Virus record (IMG/VR): IMGVR_UViG_3300021256_000079
Location: 30,755 to 94,754 of that record
Origin: a virus
Lineage: Duplodnaviria; Caudoviricetes
Length of the DNA: 64,000 nt
Strand: one strand, 5' to 3'
Within the stretch, counting starts at the first letter, position 1. Every line of letters starts with the position of its first letter. Shown in pieces: positions 7,491 to 16,483 of this stretch. Under the pieces are notes generated by a model. The model saw only the letters and a list, made by a program, of their open reading frames with translations. It did no database searches and was not told the origin of the DNA. The position numbers were made by a program, and so were the translations under genes.

Positions 7491-8285
7491 ATGAATACGA
7501 TGCTTGCTTTTATGATGGGTGATCGTTTTCGTGGTAATGAATTGATGGTTTTTGACTGGAATAAGGCTGCAAAACTTATTAAAGAAAACTATCTGGACGA
7601 AGTGGTATTTGCCGGTCTTTCTGGAGATATGGAATATACCTCTGGCTGTATATTCAGAGATGGTCATCCTGTTCTTGACGATTACACATACCTTTCATCA
7701 ACTTGGGCAACTCCGGTTCTTGCAGTTGGAGACGAAGAAATTCCATGCTATATCATGCAACATGAAACCGAGTGGGATGATAGCACTAAATGGCCACAAT
7801 CCGCTCTTGATATTCTTGGCGTAAAGAAAACCGAACCCGATCCAAGAATTTACAACGATAATTCACAAGGTCGTGCAATTCTTGAAGACGATGCTTATAA
7901 TGGGTATCATTATAGAATTGTATCTACTCGCGGCGATCATCCTTGCTGCTACATCGAAATTACAGAAGGACATCCTTGGTATCGTAAACCTTATCAGCGT
8001 CTTGAGTGGGATTGGGAATGGGACGATGAAGGAAAAGAGATAGAGAAACCTCCAATTGGAGGCAAAACTATCAACGTTCATGGCGGAATTACTTACAGCG
8101 ATAACATGGACGTTGAAGGAGAATGGTGGATCGGATGGGATTACGCTCATGGCGGAGATTATTGTCATCATTATATGAAACATTCGCCTGACGATCATGT
8201 ATGGACAATGGATGAACTTCGAAAAGAAGTGCATGATGCAATTGACCAGCTTAATGATATTTTCAAGGAGGACGACGAAAGGTGA
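7491..8285 (+). CDS. Two-domain hypothetical protein
   Basis: N-domain FDWNKAA..WATP; C-domain HPCCY..VHGGITY..WIGWDYAH. Confidence 0.75.
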   Translation: MNTMLAFMMGDRFRGNELMVFDWNKAAKLIKENYLDEVVFAGLSGDMEYTSGCIFRDGHPVLDDYTYLSSTWATPVLAVGDEEIPCYIMQHETEWDDSTKWPQSALDILGVKKTEPDPRIYNDNSQGRAILEDDAYNGYHYRIVSTRGDHPCCYIEITEGHPWYRKPYQRLEWDWEWDDEGKEIEKPPIGGKTINVHGGITYSDNMDVEGEWWIGWDYAHGGDYCHHYMKHSPDDHVWTMDELRKEVHDAIDQLNDIFKEDDER

Positions 8286-8551
8286 AGAAAAAACTCTTGG
8301 CTGGAATTGTATGCCTTGTGATGCTGTTAGTTCTTTTGACTGGTTGCAGCTCGAACACTAAGAGTACGGACGCTAGTAAGGAATGGAAGAAAATAGGTTA
8401 CATTCTGTTTCCGGACGAAACGGTTGTAATCGAATTCGGAAAGATAAGTAGAATCAGTTCTGGTTGGATTAATGTATGGACTGCTGATGGAAAAACGTGT
8501 TACTCAACAAATGAAAGAAACGTTATTCTTGTAAACGAACAAATCGACTAA
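8282..8551 (+). CDS. Putative lipoprotein
   Basis: KKK, hydrophobic stretch, then lipobox LLTGC. Confidence 0.75.
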   Translation: MKKKLLAGIVCLVMLLVLLTGCSSNTKSTDASKEWKKIGYILFPDETVVIEFGKISRISSGWINVWTADGKTCYSTNERNVILVNEQID

Positions 8552-8611
8552 TTCAAAAGAGGCTGTCTCAATCGAGGCAGCCTTTTTATTTTTTCTGGAA
8601 GGAGAAATTAA

Positions 8612-8857
8612 ATGTGGAGGAGTGGGAACATTGGCCTAAATGGAATTTGGTACGTCTTTGAAATTCTTGTCAGCGAGCATCCAAGTAAGCTTGGGATATT
8701 TGGAGGAAAGATAGAAGAACTCCATCTATACGACGGAAACGACAATCTTGTAGCTGAGTTTAATAAGAAGTGGATCGTATCGCCTAAAAAAGGATCCGAT
8801 TCCTATAAAGCTGTTAACAAGATATTAAAAGAATTTAATTTCGGAAAGGAAAAATGA
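8612..8857 (+). CDS. Hypothetical protein, related to 12969-13247
   Basis: SxxGIxGxxIxxLxx motif shared. Confidence 0.7.
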   Translation: MWRSGNIGLNGIWYVFEILVSEHPSKLGIFGGKIEELHLYDGNDNLVAEFNKKWIVSPKKGSDSYKAVNKILKEFNFGKEK

Positions 8858-8859
8858 CT

Positions 8860-8979
8860 ATGAAGTACCAAATCAGAATTGATAATGGCCACTATAATCT
8901 GTATGTGAACGGACAATTTTATGGTAGTTACGACACATATTCCGAGGCCGAGAAAGACCTCGATGAACTTCGCACATAA
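8860..8979 (+). CDS. 39-aa hypothetical protein
   Basis: Read manually: MKYQIRIDNGHYNLYVNGQFYGSYDTYSEAEKDLDELRT. Confidence 0.55.
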   Translation: MKYQIRIDNGHYNLYVNGQFYGSYDTYSEAEKDLDELRT

Positions 8980-8996
8980 AACATTCTTAATAATGA
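8970..8996 (+). promoter_or_regulatory. Promoter-like motif, copy 8
   Basis: TCGCACATAAAACATTCTTAATAATGA. Confidence 0.75.
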
Positions 8997-9021
8997 GGAA
9001 AGACCTTGAAAGGAGTACTGA

Positions 9022-9471
9022 ATGATTAAGGAATTATTTAGAAACGAAACAGGTGAAACAAAAGTAAAGGTTAAGAAAATTAGAATTACGGCGAAGGAGA
9101 TTAAAACTCACATCAACTGGCTTGATGAACAAATTCAAAAATGCCAAAAAGAAAGAGAAAGATACAGAGAATTACGGAAGCAAATGCTTGAACTGGATCC
9201 GGATGATGAATCGTACTCAGCTCTAGAAAGAGAAGCGGAAGCATACGCAGATGCCGATGAACGGTATTCGAAGCTTCAAGAGCAAAGAGAAAAGGAGTTT
9301 ACGATTCTTAAGAAATACAAAGATTCCAAGTTCTATGTAGCTCCGAAAGATTTAATGGTTATCTTCGGAGTTGGCTGCTTGAGTTTCTTCATGATTGCAC
9401 TTGAGAGAGAAAATCCTAAGGCGTTGAAGTTGGCGAGCTTTGTGCTGAAGCTGTTTCCGATTAAAATGTGA
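9022..9471 (+). CDS. Coiled-coil protein with C-terminal hydrophobic segment
   Basis: ORF with RBS, enclosed by a 14-bp inverted repeat. Confidence 0.75.
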   Translation: MIKELFRNETGETKVKVKKIRITAKEIKTHINWLDEQIQKCQKERERYRELRKQMLELDPDDESYSALEREAEAYADADERYSKLQEQREKEFTILKKYKDSKFYVAPKDLMVIFGVGCLSFFMIALERENPKALKLASFVLKLFPIKM

Positions 9472-9566
9472 AGAAGATATTCATTTTGGAATAAGAAAAA
9501 GGTCTTTCCTCAGAATCAAGAGAGAACAAAAAGTTCTCTCTTTATTTTTTCTAGGAGGTATGCATC

Positions 9567-9785
9567 ATGCCGAGTAAAAAGGGTATTGAACAAGCTCTAA
9601 CGTGGCTTCGAAGTAAGTCACACGATCGAGACACCTTAGATGGAATCAATGCTGAACTTTGTATTAATGTAATTATGGATTTGCAAAGACAGTATGACAG
9701 ACTTGGTGCTCAATTTAGCAATCTGGCAAAAACAAAAAGACAGAATAACGATCCAAATAGTCCAGATCAGATTAGTTTTTTATAA
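9567..9785 (+). CDS. Hypothetical protein with C-terminal QISF clamp-binding-like motif
   Basis: AGGAGG RBS; ends DQISFL. Confidence 0.65.
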   Translation: MPSKKGIEQALTWLRSKSHDRDTLDGINAELCINVIMDLQRQYDRLGAQFSNLAKTKRQNNDPNSPDQISFL

Positions 9786-9809
9786 GAAACGAAAGGAGTT
9801 GCGGATATT

Positions 9810-9992
9810 TTGAATTGGAAGAATCTTGCTAAAAAGTTAGCTCTCGCGATTACGGCTATTGCATGCCTTGGGGCTTTAAACAAGATCATGACAAAGGAAG
9901 ATATTCTCTATAAGGGCTATGATCCTACCAAAACACGAGTTGATAGACATGGAAATGTAATCATTGGTACGGACGACTACACAATCACTTAA
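9810..9992 (+). CDS. Small membrane protein
   Basis: RBS, hydrophobic N-terminus. Confidence 0.6.
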   Translation: MNWKNLAKKLALAITAIACLGALNKIMTKEDILYKGYDPTKTRVDRHGNVIIGTDDYTIT

Positions 9993-9997
9993 GACAC

Positions 9998-10024
9998 TCG
10001 CACCATGAACATGCTCTATAATGA
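9998..10024 (+). promoter_or_regulatory. Promoter-like motif, copy 9
   Basis: TCGCACCATGAACATGCTCTATAATGA. Confidence 0.8.
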
Positions 10025-10101
10025 AAGGAGATGATTAAATTGGGAGTATAAACCCGACGGAGGGCTGTGAGCTTCGGCAAGATCAGTTTTTAAAACTAGC
10101 C

Positions 10102-10173
10102 GTCATAATAGCTCAAAGGTAGAGCGCCTGTAAAGACGAAACAGGAGACCCGGGTTCGAAGCCCGGAAAATGA
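10102..10173 (+). ncRNA. tRNA-like RNA / tRNA pseudogene
   Basis: D arm TAGCTCAAAGGTAGAGC, stem CCTGT/ACAGG with 9-nt loop, T arm CCGGG-TTCGAAG-CCCGG; broken acceptor stem. Confidence 0.65.
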
Positions 10174-10211
10174 AGATCATTCCCTTATATTTTTCGTAAA
10201 GGAGTGCAAAC

Positions 10212-10505
10212 ATGCGTAGACCAACTAGAACTCAAATACTTATGTCTAATCTTTACATATGGGTTAGACGGTACGGATGCGTAGATATTAGTCCTGGAAT
10301 GGAAAAGTATCTGTGTGTATCAAGAAGGGTTCTTCTAAGTGCTGCTAAAAGCTTATGCAAGGATCCTGCTGATTTGAATAAAGTAATGATATTACGAATT
10401 GATGGCATTACCGTCCTGGTTACGGACGATTTTTCACTCAGTGACTTTGATTTAAGACTAATCCCAAAAGATCTTGAGGGGTACACAGATGGCAATAATA
10501 GTTAA
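10212..10505 (+). CDS. Protein resembling an N-terminal subdomain of the phage RNAP
   Basis: LMSNL..V....VDISPGMEKYLCVS...L..A aligns with RNAP LMKVL..V....VDVGGGSELRLNVS...L..A. Confidence 0.65.
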   Translation: MRRPTRTQILMSNLYIWVRRYGCVDISPGMEKYLCVSRRVLLSAAKSLCKDPADLNKVMILRIDGITVLVTDDFSLSDFDLRLIPKDLEGYTDGNNS

Positions 10506-10752
10506 AGGATATTTGAAATGCAAAATATGCGGAACATTCTTTACTCCAGCAATAACCGAGCTGCCTTGTTACTTTACAGAGAATGAAGTAGAAGACGGGG
10601 TAGAAGTCGGCGTTCCGTCGGAAAAGTGTGCAGAATGCAAACATTTTTTGAGCTGGAGATGCAGCTCACCCAGATGCCCAGCATGCGGATCTAATAACGT
10701 TAAAAAAGTATCTGGTATTGCAGTTAGAATTTCTAACTATTTTAGAAAGTGA
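10489..10752 (+). CDS. Zn-ribbon protein, paralog of 6590-6874
   Basis: CKIC, CAEC, CPAC motifs. Confidence 0.75.
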   Translation: MAIIVKGYLKCKICGTFFTPAITELPCYFTENEVEDGVEVGVPSEKCAECKHFLSWRCSSPRCPACGSNNVKKVSGIAVRISNYFRK

Positions 10753-10762
10753 GGAATCTATT

Positions 10763-11071
10763 ATGGACCGTTATGCTAGAGTTTCTTTTGGAAGAGACGA
10801 AAAAGAAAAGCAACGAGACTTTCTTCTCGCCATGAATGGTGCTGAAATCATTCAAGTCTCAGAAGAAGATATTGATAGATGGTATGAAGAAGATGTGAAA
10901 ATGAATACCGGATGCAATAACTGCATTGTTTTGCATAATGACGAAGAAGTAAACCGTTTTATTTATGTAATGCGCACCTTCTTCAATGGCGTTCCGTATA
11001 AAATCACAAGTGATCCCGATAATGAAGTGTTCAAAGAATGCATTGAAAAGAGTAAAAAGGAGCTGTCATGA
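10763..11071 (+). CDS. Hypothetical protein
   Basis: ORF with RBS. Confidence 0.7.
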   Translation: MDRYARVSFGRDEKEKQRDFLLAMNGAEIIQVSEEDIDRWYEEDVKMNTGCNNCIVLHNDEEVNRFIYVMRTFFNGVPYKITSDPDNEVFKECIEKSKKELS

Positions 11072-11352
11072 AGAGTTCTGCCAAAGATATTTGTGTCAAA
11101 GAGCGAATTAGCGATGAACTTATGAAGTTTACATTCGATTTTGAACAAAAAGTCATAGATACTCTAGGTTTTACGACTGTTGGACACATCTTAGGCTACT
11201 TAAAAATTAACGAAATACCCAATAAGTATTGGAGTTATATTGTCTCAAAGCTAGATTTCATTAAATGGGACGAAGAAAGAAAAGAAACAGTAATTAGGTG
11301 CAGATATCGCACAAAAAACACCTCCTCTAATGAGAAAGGAGGTGAATCTTAA
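11068..11352 (+). CDS. Hypothetical protein
   Basis: ATGA overlap. Confidence 0.65.
   Translation: MKSSAKDICVKERISDELMKFTFDFEQKVIDTLGFTTVGHILGYLKINEIPNKYWSYIVSKLDFIKWDEERKETVIRCRYRTKNTSSNEKGGES
11307..11333 (+). promoter_or_regulatory. Promoter-like motif, copy 10
   Basis: TCGCACAAAAAACACCTCCTCTAATGA then RBS. Confidence 0.7.
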
Positions 11353-11612
11353 TGAGTCAGATTTTTCTTGAAATTGGCGACATTGAAAGCACTATGGAAT
11401 TCATAAAAGATGCAAAAGAAGCTGGATTCCTGAAAGATATTTCATCAGATAAGGTTGAAAGTCTTTTAAAGGATAAACAGTTTCCGATACGTATCCAAAT
11501 TGAATTAGATGATGTGTTTAAATTGGCGTCTAATCCTATTGTTAGGAAAATGTTTGGCAAAAGAATTGAGGACACAACAGTAAAGACCATTCTCAAGGTA
11601 ATTAATGAGTAA
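11352..11612 (+). CDS. Hypothetical protein
   Basis: Strong RBS; terminator hairpin follows. Confidence 0.75.
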   Translation: MSQIFLEIGDIESTMEFIKDAKEAGFLKDISSDKVESLLKDKQFPIRIQIELDDVFKLASNPIVRKMFGKRIEDTTVKTILKVINE

Positions 11613-11666
11613 GGAGGCTTAAATAAGTCTCCTTATATTTTTCGCTTACAACGAAGAAAGGAGTAA

Positions 11667-12050
11667 ATGTTGAAGCAATGGGAAAGATACCTGCAACAAC
11701 AATACGAGCAGGACCGAAGAAAACTATTGGACTATAGAGAGATTGATATTGAGTTTAAGCAATTAATAATGGAGGCGACAATACTCGATGGACCAGTTGA
11801 ACCTGATCCTGTCATTGATATTGTGCTCAATGATAGGGTTCATGATGGGGAATGTGTACGGACAGAACAAAGTAAAGTATCAGATCGAGAAATTGTTGGA
11901 CAGGATCATGAAGAGCCTGGGGGAGATCCAGAAGGGGACGGACGAGAAGAAGTAATCGATGATTACGACGATTCGTTCGATTCTTATTATGATGAAATTG
12001 TTGAATACAAGAACAGTAAAAAGACTGGTAAAAAGAAAAAAGGAAAATGA
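11667..12050 (+). CDS. Acidic hypothetical protein
   Basis: ORF with RBS. Confidence 0.7.
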   Translation: MLKQWERYLQQQYEQDRRKLLDYREIDIEFKQLIMEATILDGPVEPDPVIDIVLNDRVHDGECVRTEQSKVSDREIVGQDHEEPGGDPEGDGREEVIDDYDDSFDSYYDEIVEYKNSKKTGKKKKGK

Positions 12051-12880
12051 GGGATATTTTCATGAATGCTCTTTCAAAAATGACGAGACCACTTGTTAGA
12101 GTGACCAGAAATGGTATTCGATTCTTTAACAAGAATGCAAACTTGATATTGACAGTTGTTAGTGCAACTGGTGTTCTTGCCACTGTTGTATGTGCTGTTA
12201 AAGGGACTATTAAAGCTGTAAAGCTATATGAAGAGAAGAAACCGGTTGGCGGGAAAGAAATTGTTAAGACAGTTTGGAAATGTTATATTCCAACCGCTGG
12301 AATGGTGATTCTCACAACAACGGCCATCATTTGTAATGGCAGAATGAATGCTAAGAAGATTGCCATGTTGACCAGTGCTTATGGTTCATCCATGGAAGCT
12401 CTCAAGAGAGTTGAAGATAAAATGGGTGAAGCTCTTGGACCCAAGAAGGCTCAGCAGGTTATCGACGAAGTTCATAGCGAAAAAGCCGAAGCCTCAAGCA
12501 AAGTAATCACAGAGGATGATATTAAGAAAACCGGTCACGGCGATGAAATCTTCTTCATATACGATGTAGGTCAATGGATCTACGCGAATACAAACTGGAT
12601 CGAACTCGCGGAACTTAAGACCTATAAAGAACTTCAGGATAGTAACGACTGGAACGATGATGGAGAAGCATATTTGCTCATGAACAATGCTCTTCAGAAT
12701 CTCGGTGCGAATCCTTGTTATTTCGGCGGATCTCATGGATGGTTCCACGACGATCTTGAAAAGCTTGGACTGGATGGACCGAAGTTTAGAATTAGTTCAA
12801 AGAGGATGTTTGTTCCGTGGCTTGGCGAAGAAAGAGCCGTTGGCACAATCTGGTTTGAACCAGAGGCTTCAGTCATTTGA
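12047..12880 (+). CDS. DUF6353-like phage protein
   Basis: ILTVVSATGVLAT..WKCYIP architecture shared with 3838 and 16484. Confidence 0.7.
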   Translation: MRDIFMNALSKMTRPLVRVTRNGIRFFNKNANLILTVVSATGVLATVVCAVKGTIKAVKLYEEKKPVGGKEIVKTVWKCYIPTAGMVILTTTAIICNGRMNAKKIAMLTSAYGSSMEALKRVEDKMGEALGPKKAQQVIDEVHSEKAEASSKVITEDDIKKTGHGDEIFFIYDVGQWIYANTNWIELAELKTYKELQDSNDWNDDGEAYLLMNNALQNLGANPCYFGGSHGWFHDDLEKLGLDGPKFRISSKRMFVPWLGEERAVGTIWFEPEASVI

Positions 12881-12968
12881 AGGGAACCTTTTTGGCATGA
12901 ATTTGACCTGGATTAAAGCTTGCCTGTGAGCAGCCATCCAGGCTCTTTATATTTTAAGGAGACAAATA

Positions 12969-13247
12969 ATGAAAAGCTTTTATCAGGAAGAACAAGGTAA
13001 GGCCACTATTAACGAACACAAATTCGAGTGGAAAATGAAGCGCACCAAAGGCGAAAGCGCTTTTGGTATCAAAGGAAGCCGGATATTTGGACTTGAGATC
13101 AAGAAAGATGGATTCATAACAGGTGCTTATGATAGAGGCTGGAGTGTAAGAATTAGAGACGACGATGCCGACACTAAGCTCTGCCTTGATCATATTCTGA
13201 ATACGTACGGAAAAGAGAAAAAGAAGGTGAAGAAAGATGCCGACTGA
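12969..13247 (+). CDS. Hypothetical protein, related to 8612-8857
   Basis: SAFGIKGSRIFGLEI..YDRGW. Confidence 0.7.
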   Translation: MKSFYQEEQGKATINEHKFEWKMKRTKGESAFGIKGSRIFGLEIKKDGFITGAYDRGWSVRIRDDDADTKLCLDHILNTYGKEKKKVKKDAD

Positions 13248-13566
13248 TATTTTTAACGAACACTATTTAGTAACAAAGTATGAACTTGATCTTACGTCAA
13301 TTATTAGTAAATGCGAGTGTATTAGTTTCAATGCTGTTAACAGCAACGTTGATGAAAGATTGTGCGAAATCATGGCCTATGTGTTCACACGGGTAAAACA
13401 GCCGTTAAAACAACATGGGCTTGTATACAAACTTAAAAAAGCTGTTGATATTTATTGCGAAAAGTTTGAAAAAGAAAGCTATGGGGTTTCTCCTGGTTTT
13501 AAAGAACGTTTTTACGAACAATACGCAGAGTATATTGTTAGAAAGGATGAGGAAGATGGAGCCTAA
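13237..13566 (+). CDS. Hypothetical protein
   Basis: Coupled ORF. Confidence 0.65.
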   Translation: MPTDIFNEHYLVTKYELDLTSIISKCECISFNAVNSNVDERLCEIMAYVFTRVKQPLKQHGLVYKLKKAVDIYCEKFEKESYGVSPGFKERFYEQYAEYIVRKDEEDGA

Positions 13567-13927
13567 AGGTAGCAGCTATAGTTTTGTTGCCTCGAAGACA
13601 ATTTATGTAGGCGAAGGTGAAGAAGTTGCTATGAACAATGTTTTTAACGAAGATTGTAATAAAGAATTTATTGACTTCCTCAAAGAAAAACTTACTGAGT
13701 TCGCTCAGGAAAACTGTGTAAAGAAAATCGTTCGCAATGGTCCTGCCACAATCGTGTTCTGGGATGATGGCACGAAGACCATTGTAAAGAGAGCAGAGGG
13801 TACCAAAGATGATATTTACATGGCTTTCTGCTCTGCTTTCACAAAGAAAATGCTTGGTAATAACAGTCGTATCAAAAGAATTATTTTCAAAAATTTGATT
13901 GAAGAAGGAGAAAAGAAAAATGCTTAA
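13556..13927 (+). CDS. Phage protein, NGPATIVxWxDGTKT family, copy 1
   Basis: Domain duplicated in the next gene. Confidence 0.75.
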   Translation: MEPKGSSYSFVASKTIYVGEGEEVAMNNVFNEDCNKEFIDFLKEKLTEFAQENCVKKIVRNGPATIVFWDDGTKTIVKRAEGTKDDIYMAFCSAFTKKMLGNNSRIKRIIFKNLIEEGEKKNA

Positions 13928-14423
13928 CATTGGAGATTGCGCAGGTAATTCTTGTGCCGTTAATTCTATTGATCGCGCATGTACTTGTATTGATAGTTCT
14001 GAATACAGCTATCGTCTTACTCCTTATACTCCTTATGCTGCTTCTTATGGAGATATTGGTATTAGAGCAATTGAAGAATCGGTCGAAGCTATGCCTGGAT
14101 CTCCAGCAACCGGAACTCTTGTCATGAAAGTTGACCCGGGTAAACTTTTGACTAAAGAGGACATTCTAAATATTGTCGGAAAAACAAGCTTTGCTTTCAA
14201 TGATTACGGAGTTGATAGGATTATTAGAAACGGTCCGGCTACTATTGTGATCTGGAAGGATGGCACTAAGACGATTGTAAAGAGGTCCAAAGGCGAGAAG
14301 GACGATATTTATGTTGCCTTCTGCGCTGCTCTTGCCAAAAAGCTTTACGGCAACAACAGTAAGATCAAGCGAATGCTTAATGAGAAGACAGTTTATGATA
14401 CCAAAAAGAAGGGAGTTAAGTAA
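13920..14423 (+). CDS. Phage protein, NGPATIVxWxDGTKT family, copy 2
   Basis: Tandem paralog. Confidence 0.75.
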   Translation: MLNIGDCAGNSCAVNSIDRACTCIDSSEYSYRLTPYTPYAASYGDIGIRAIEESVEAMPGSPATGTLVMKVDPGKLLTKEDILNIVGKTSFAFNDYGVDRIIRNGPATIVIWKDGTKTIVKRSKGEKDDIYVAFCAALAKKLYGNNSKIKRMLNEKTVYDTKKKGVK

Positions 14424-14528
14424 GATGGTTACTAAGATTGTTATATTTGTAGCACTTGCAGTTTGTGTCGCTATTATTGCATTTTCTATTAATGAAGTAG
14501 AAAGAATCAACAATAAGGAGAACAAGTA

Positions 14529-14912
14529 ATGGAAGAAATGGTAAGAGTCCGGAGTGCTAAAGAGTACTTCAATGAATACGGACTTAATGGCATCGGTAAG
14601 GGTGCTGATAAATGGATGATCAGAAGGCAGCTTATCGATGCATTCCAAAAGGAAATGTTTGGACTTATCACAATTCGTATCCACAAAGATATTCCAGAAG
14701 GAGTTCCTGCAATTGGGAACCCAAGAGCAATCGAGATCATTAGGAATGTAACCAGTGATACCCAGAAAAAGTGGGTAAAGCTATGTAACATGTTTGCTCA
14801 GTATAAGGAAACAAGCGGTCTTCTGAGTATCGACGATCTTAAAGGCGAGTATATTAAAGACGACGATACAGATGATACCGATGATGAAACACGCGCAGAA
14901 AACATGGAGTAA
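14529..14912 (+). CDS. Hypothetical protein, paralog of 3447-3758
   Basis: Shared motifs. Confidence 0.7.
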   Translation: MEEMVRVRSAKEYFNEYGLNGIGKGADKWMIRRQLIDAFQKEMFGLITIRIHKDIPEGVPAIGNPRAIEIIRNVTSDTQKKWVKLCNMFAQYKETSGLLSIDDLKGEYIKDDDTDDTDDETRAENME

Positions 14913-14917
14913 GATGA
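14891..14917 (+). promoter_or_regulatory. Promoter-like motif, copy 11
   Basis: ACGCGCAGAAAACATGGAGTAAGATGA. Confidence 0.7.
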
Positions 14918-14963
14918 GGGAACCACAAAATAAAACTTTTATATTTGGAAGGAGTAATTTATT

Positions 14964-15215
14964 ATGGCAAAGACTGTGAACAACAACGAAACGACAAAGG
15001 TTGAGGACCTGAAAGAAACAACGATGGAAGAAGAAATCAACGAAACCGAAAAGGTTATCGAAGACAACAGCAAGAAGAAAAAGATCATTAAGGTGGTCAT
15101 CGGTGCAGTTGCCTTTATCGCAACGAACGTAGCGAGCTTCTTCATTGGTCGTGGAACGGCAAACAATGACGACGATGATGACACGGAAAGTCAGGAAGAA
15201 AAGACCGAAGAATAA
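14964..15215 (+). CDS. Single-TM acidic protein
   Basis: RBS; KKKK followed by TM helix; enclosed by an 11-bp inverted repeat. Confidence 0.75.
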   Translation: MAKTVNNNETTKVEDLKETTMEEEINETEKVIEDNSKKKKIIKVVIGAVAFIATNVASFFIGRGTANNDDDDDTESQEEKTEE

Positions 15216-15307
15216 TACAGATATTTGTGGTTCCTGAAATTGGAAAAGGCTAGGCAAAAATGACTTAGCCTTTTTCTTTTCCCTTTTTTGTCTAATAGGA
15301 GGTCGCA

Positions 15308-15538
15308 ATGCTAGAGAATCTGACAAAAAAGCTAGCAGAGAAGATGGGGAAATCGGTCAAAGCGACGATTGAACCAAAAGTCGATAGCAAAATAGACTTA
15401 TATTCTAAAATTTTGAGATTCGGAGTGTTGGTCTTTTTGTTTATCGAAGGGACTAAAAAGGCTACCAATGATATTTCGACTCCGGCAAATCCGAATCAGA
15501 TTGTAATTAATAACTATCTCTATGAAAGAAAGGAGTGA
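15308..15538 (+). CDS. Small membrane protein
   Basis: AGGAGG RBS. Confidence 0.65.
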   Translation: MLENLTKKLAEKMGKSVKATIEPKVDSKIDLYSKILRFGVLVFLFIEGTKKATNDISTPANPNQIVINNYLYERKE

Positions 15539-15539
15539 A

Positions 15540-15809
15540 ATGATGAATAATGAAGAAATGAAAAGCCCTTTGGATGCAGCAAAATTCGTTACTGGGACTA
15601 TTATATCCTTGGGTGCTGCAGCAGCGGTCGTTGGTATGATGCAAAACCCTATTAAAAACGCAAAAGGACTTACTAAGCTTATGATGAAACTTGGCGTTTT
15701 CGTTATTGGATGTAAAGTCGGAGACGTTGTGGAAAAGTATTTTAACGACACTGTTGACGAAATGGTTAAGGCATTTAACGATCTTAAGAAGGAGATGGGG
15801 AAAGCATGA
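15540..15809 (+). CDS. Small membrane protein
   Basis: RBS; two hydrophobic segments. Confidence 0.7.
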   Translation: MMNNEEMKSPLDAAKFVTGTIISLGAAAAVVGMMQNPIKNAKGLTKLMMKLGVFVIGCKVGDVVEKYFNDTVDEMVKAFNDLKKEMGKA

Positions 15810-16471
15810 ATGATATTCCATCCAATAGCCATAAAAGCCAGGAAGAATTGAATAAGGCTCCTCAAAAACCACCAATTCCGGAATTCAATGGCAAAGTAGC
15901 AGGCGTAAAAAGAAAACAGGAAAACAAATTCCTTAAATGGCTTCGCAAAATGTTCCTATCTGATCAAAAGCCCAGTGATATTCTTATGAATGTTCTTGAG
16001 CAACAAATTGTTCCAGGTATTAAAGACAATTTCAGGAACAGTCTTATGAGTTCTATTGATATGTTCATTTATCCGAACTCAAAACCAACCAGTCAGTCTA
16101 GTAACAACATTTCTTACAGCCGTATTTATAATTCGCAAAACAATAATGTAAATCAAGTAAAGACTCAATCGCAACCTAAAGTTCAGAGTCAAACACCTAA
16201 CACAAATGACTTTGACTTGAGTGCTGGGTTTACAAATCCTTGTTTTCATCGCCTCGATGAAGCCAATCAATTTCTCGGACTCATGCAGAACTATGACTAC
16301 CCGACTCTGTCTGTTCATACATTATATATGATGCGAAAGCAGCACATCGATTACACTTGGGATGCATATGGCTGGACCAAAGAAGAGATCGCTAATGTTA
16401 AAGTTGTTCATATTGACAATAGCGATTACCCCTGGATGATTGATCTTCCGCGTGCTCACGTTATTTCTTAA
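15806..16471 (+). CDS. Conserved phage protein (PSNSHK N-terminus, YGWT C-domain)
   Basis: Coupled ORF. Confidence 0.75.
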   Translation: MNDIPSNSHKSQEELNKAPQKPPIPEFNGKVAGVKRKQENKFLKWLRKMFLSDQKPSDILMNVLEQQIVPGIKDNFRNSLMSSIDMFIYPNSKPTSQSSNNISYSRIYNSQNNNVNQVKTQSQPKVQSQTPNTNDFDLSAGFTNPCFHRLDEANQFLGLMQNYDYPTLSVHTLYMMRKQHIDYTWDAYGWTKEEIANVKVVHIDNSDYPWMIDLPRAHVIS

Positions 16472-16483
16472 AGGAGAGATTTT

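Noticed and set aside
10102-10173. Functional decoding tRNA (GAC, Val)
   Set aside because: The 9-nt loop lacks U33 and the acceptor stem is mispaired; retained only as a tRNA-like RNA.
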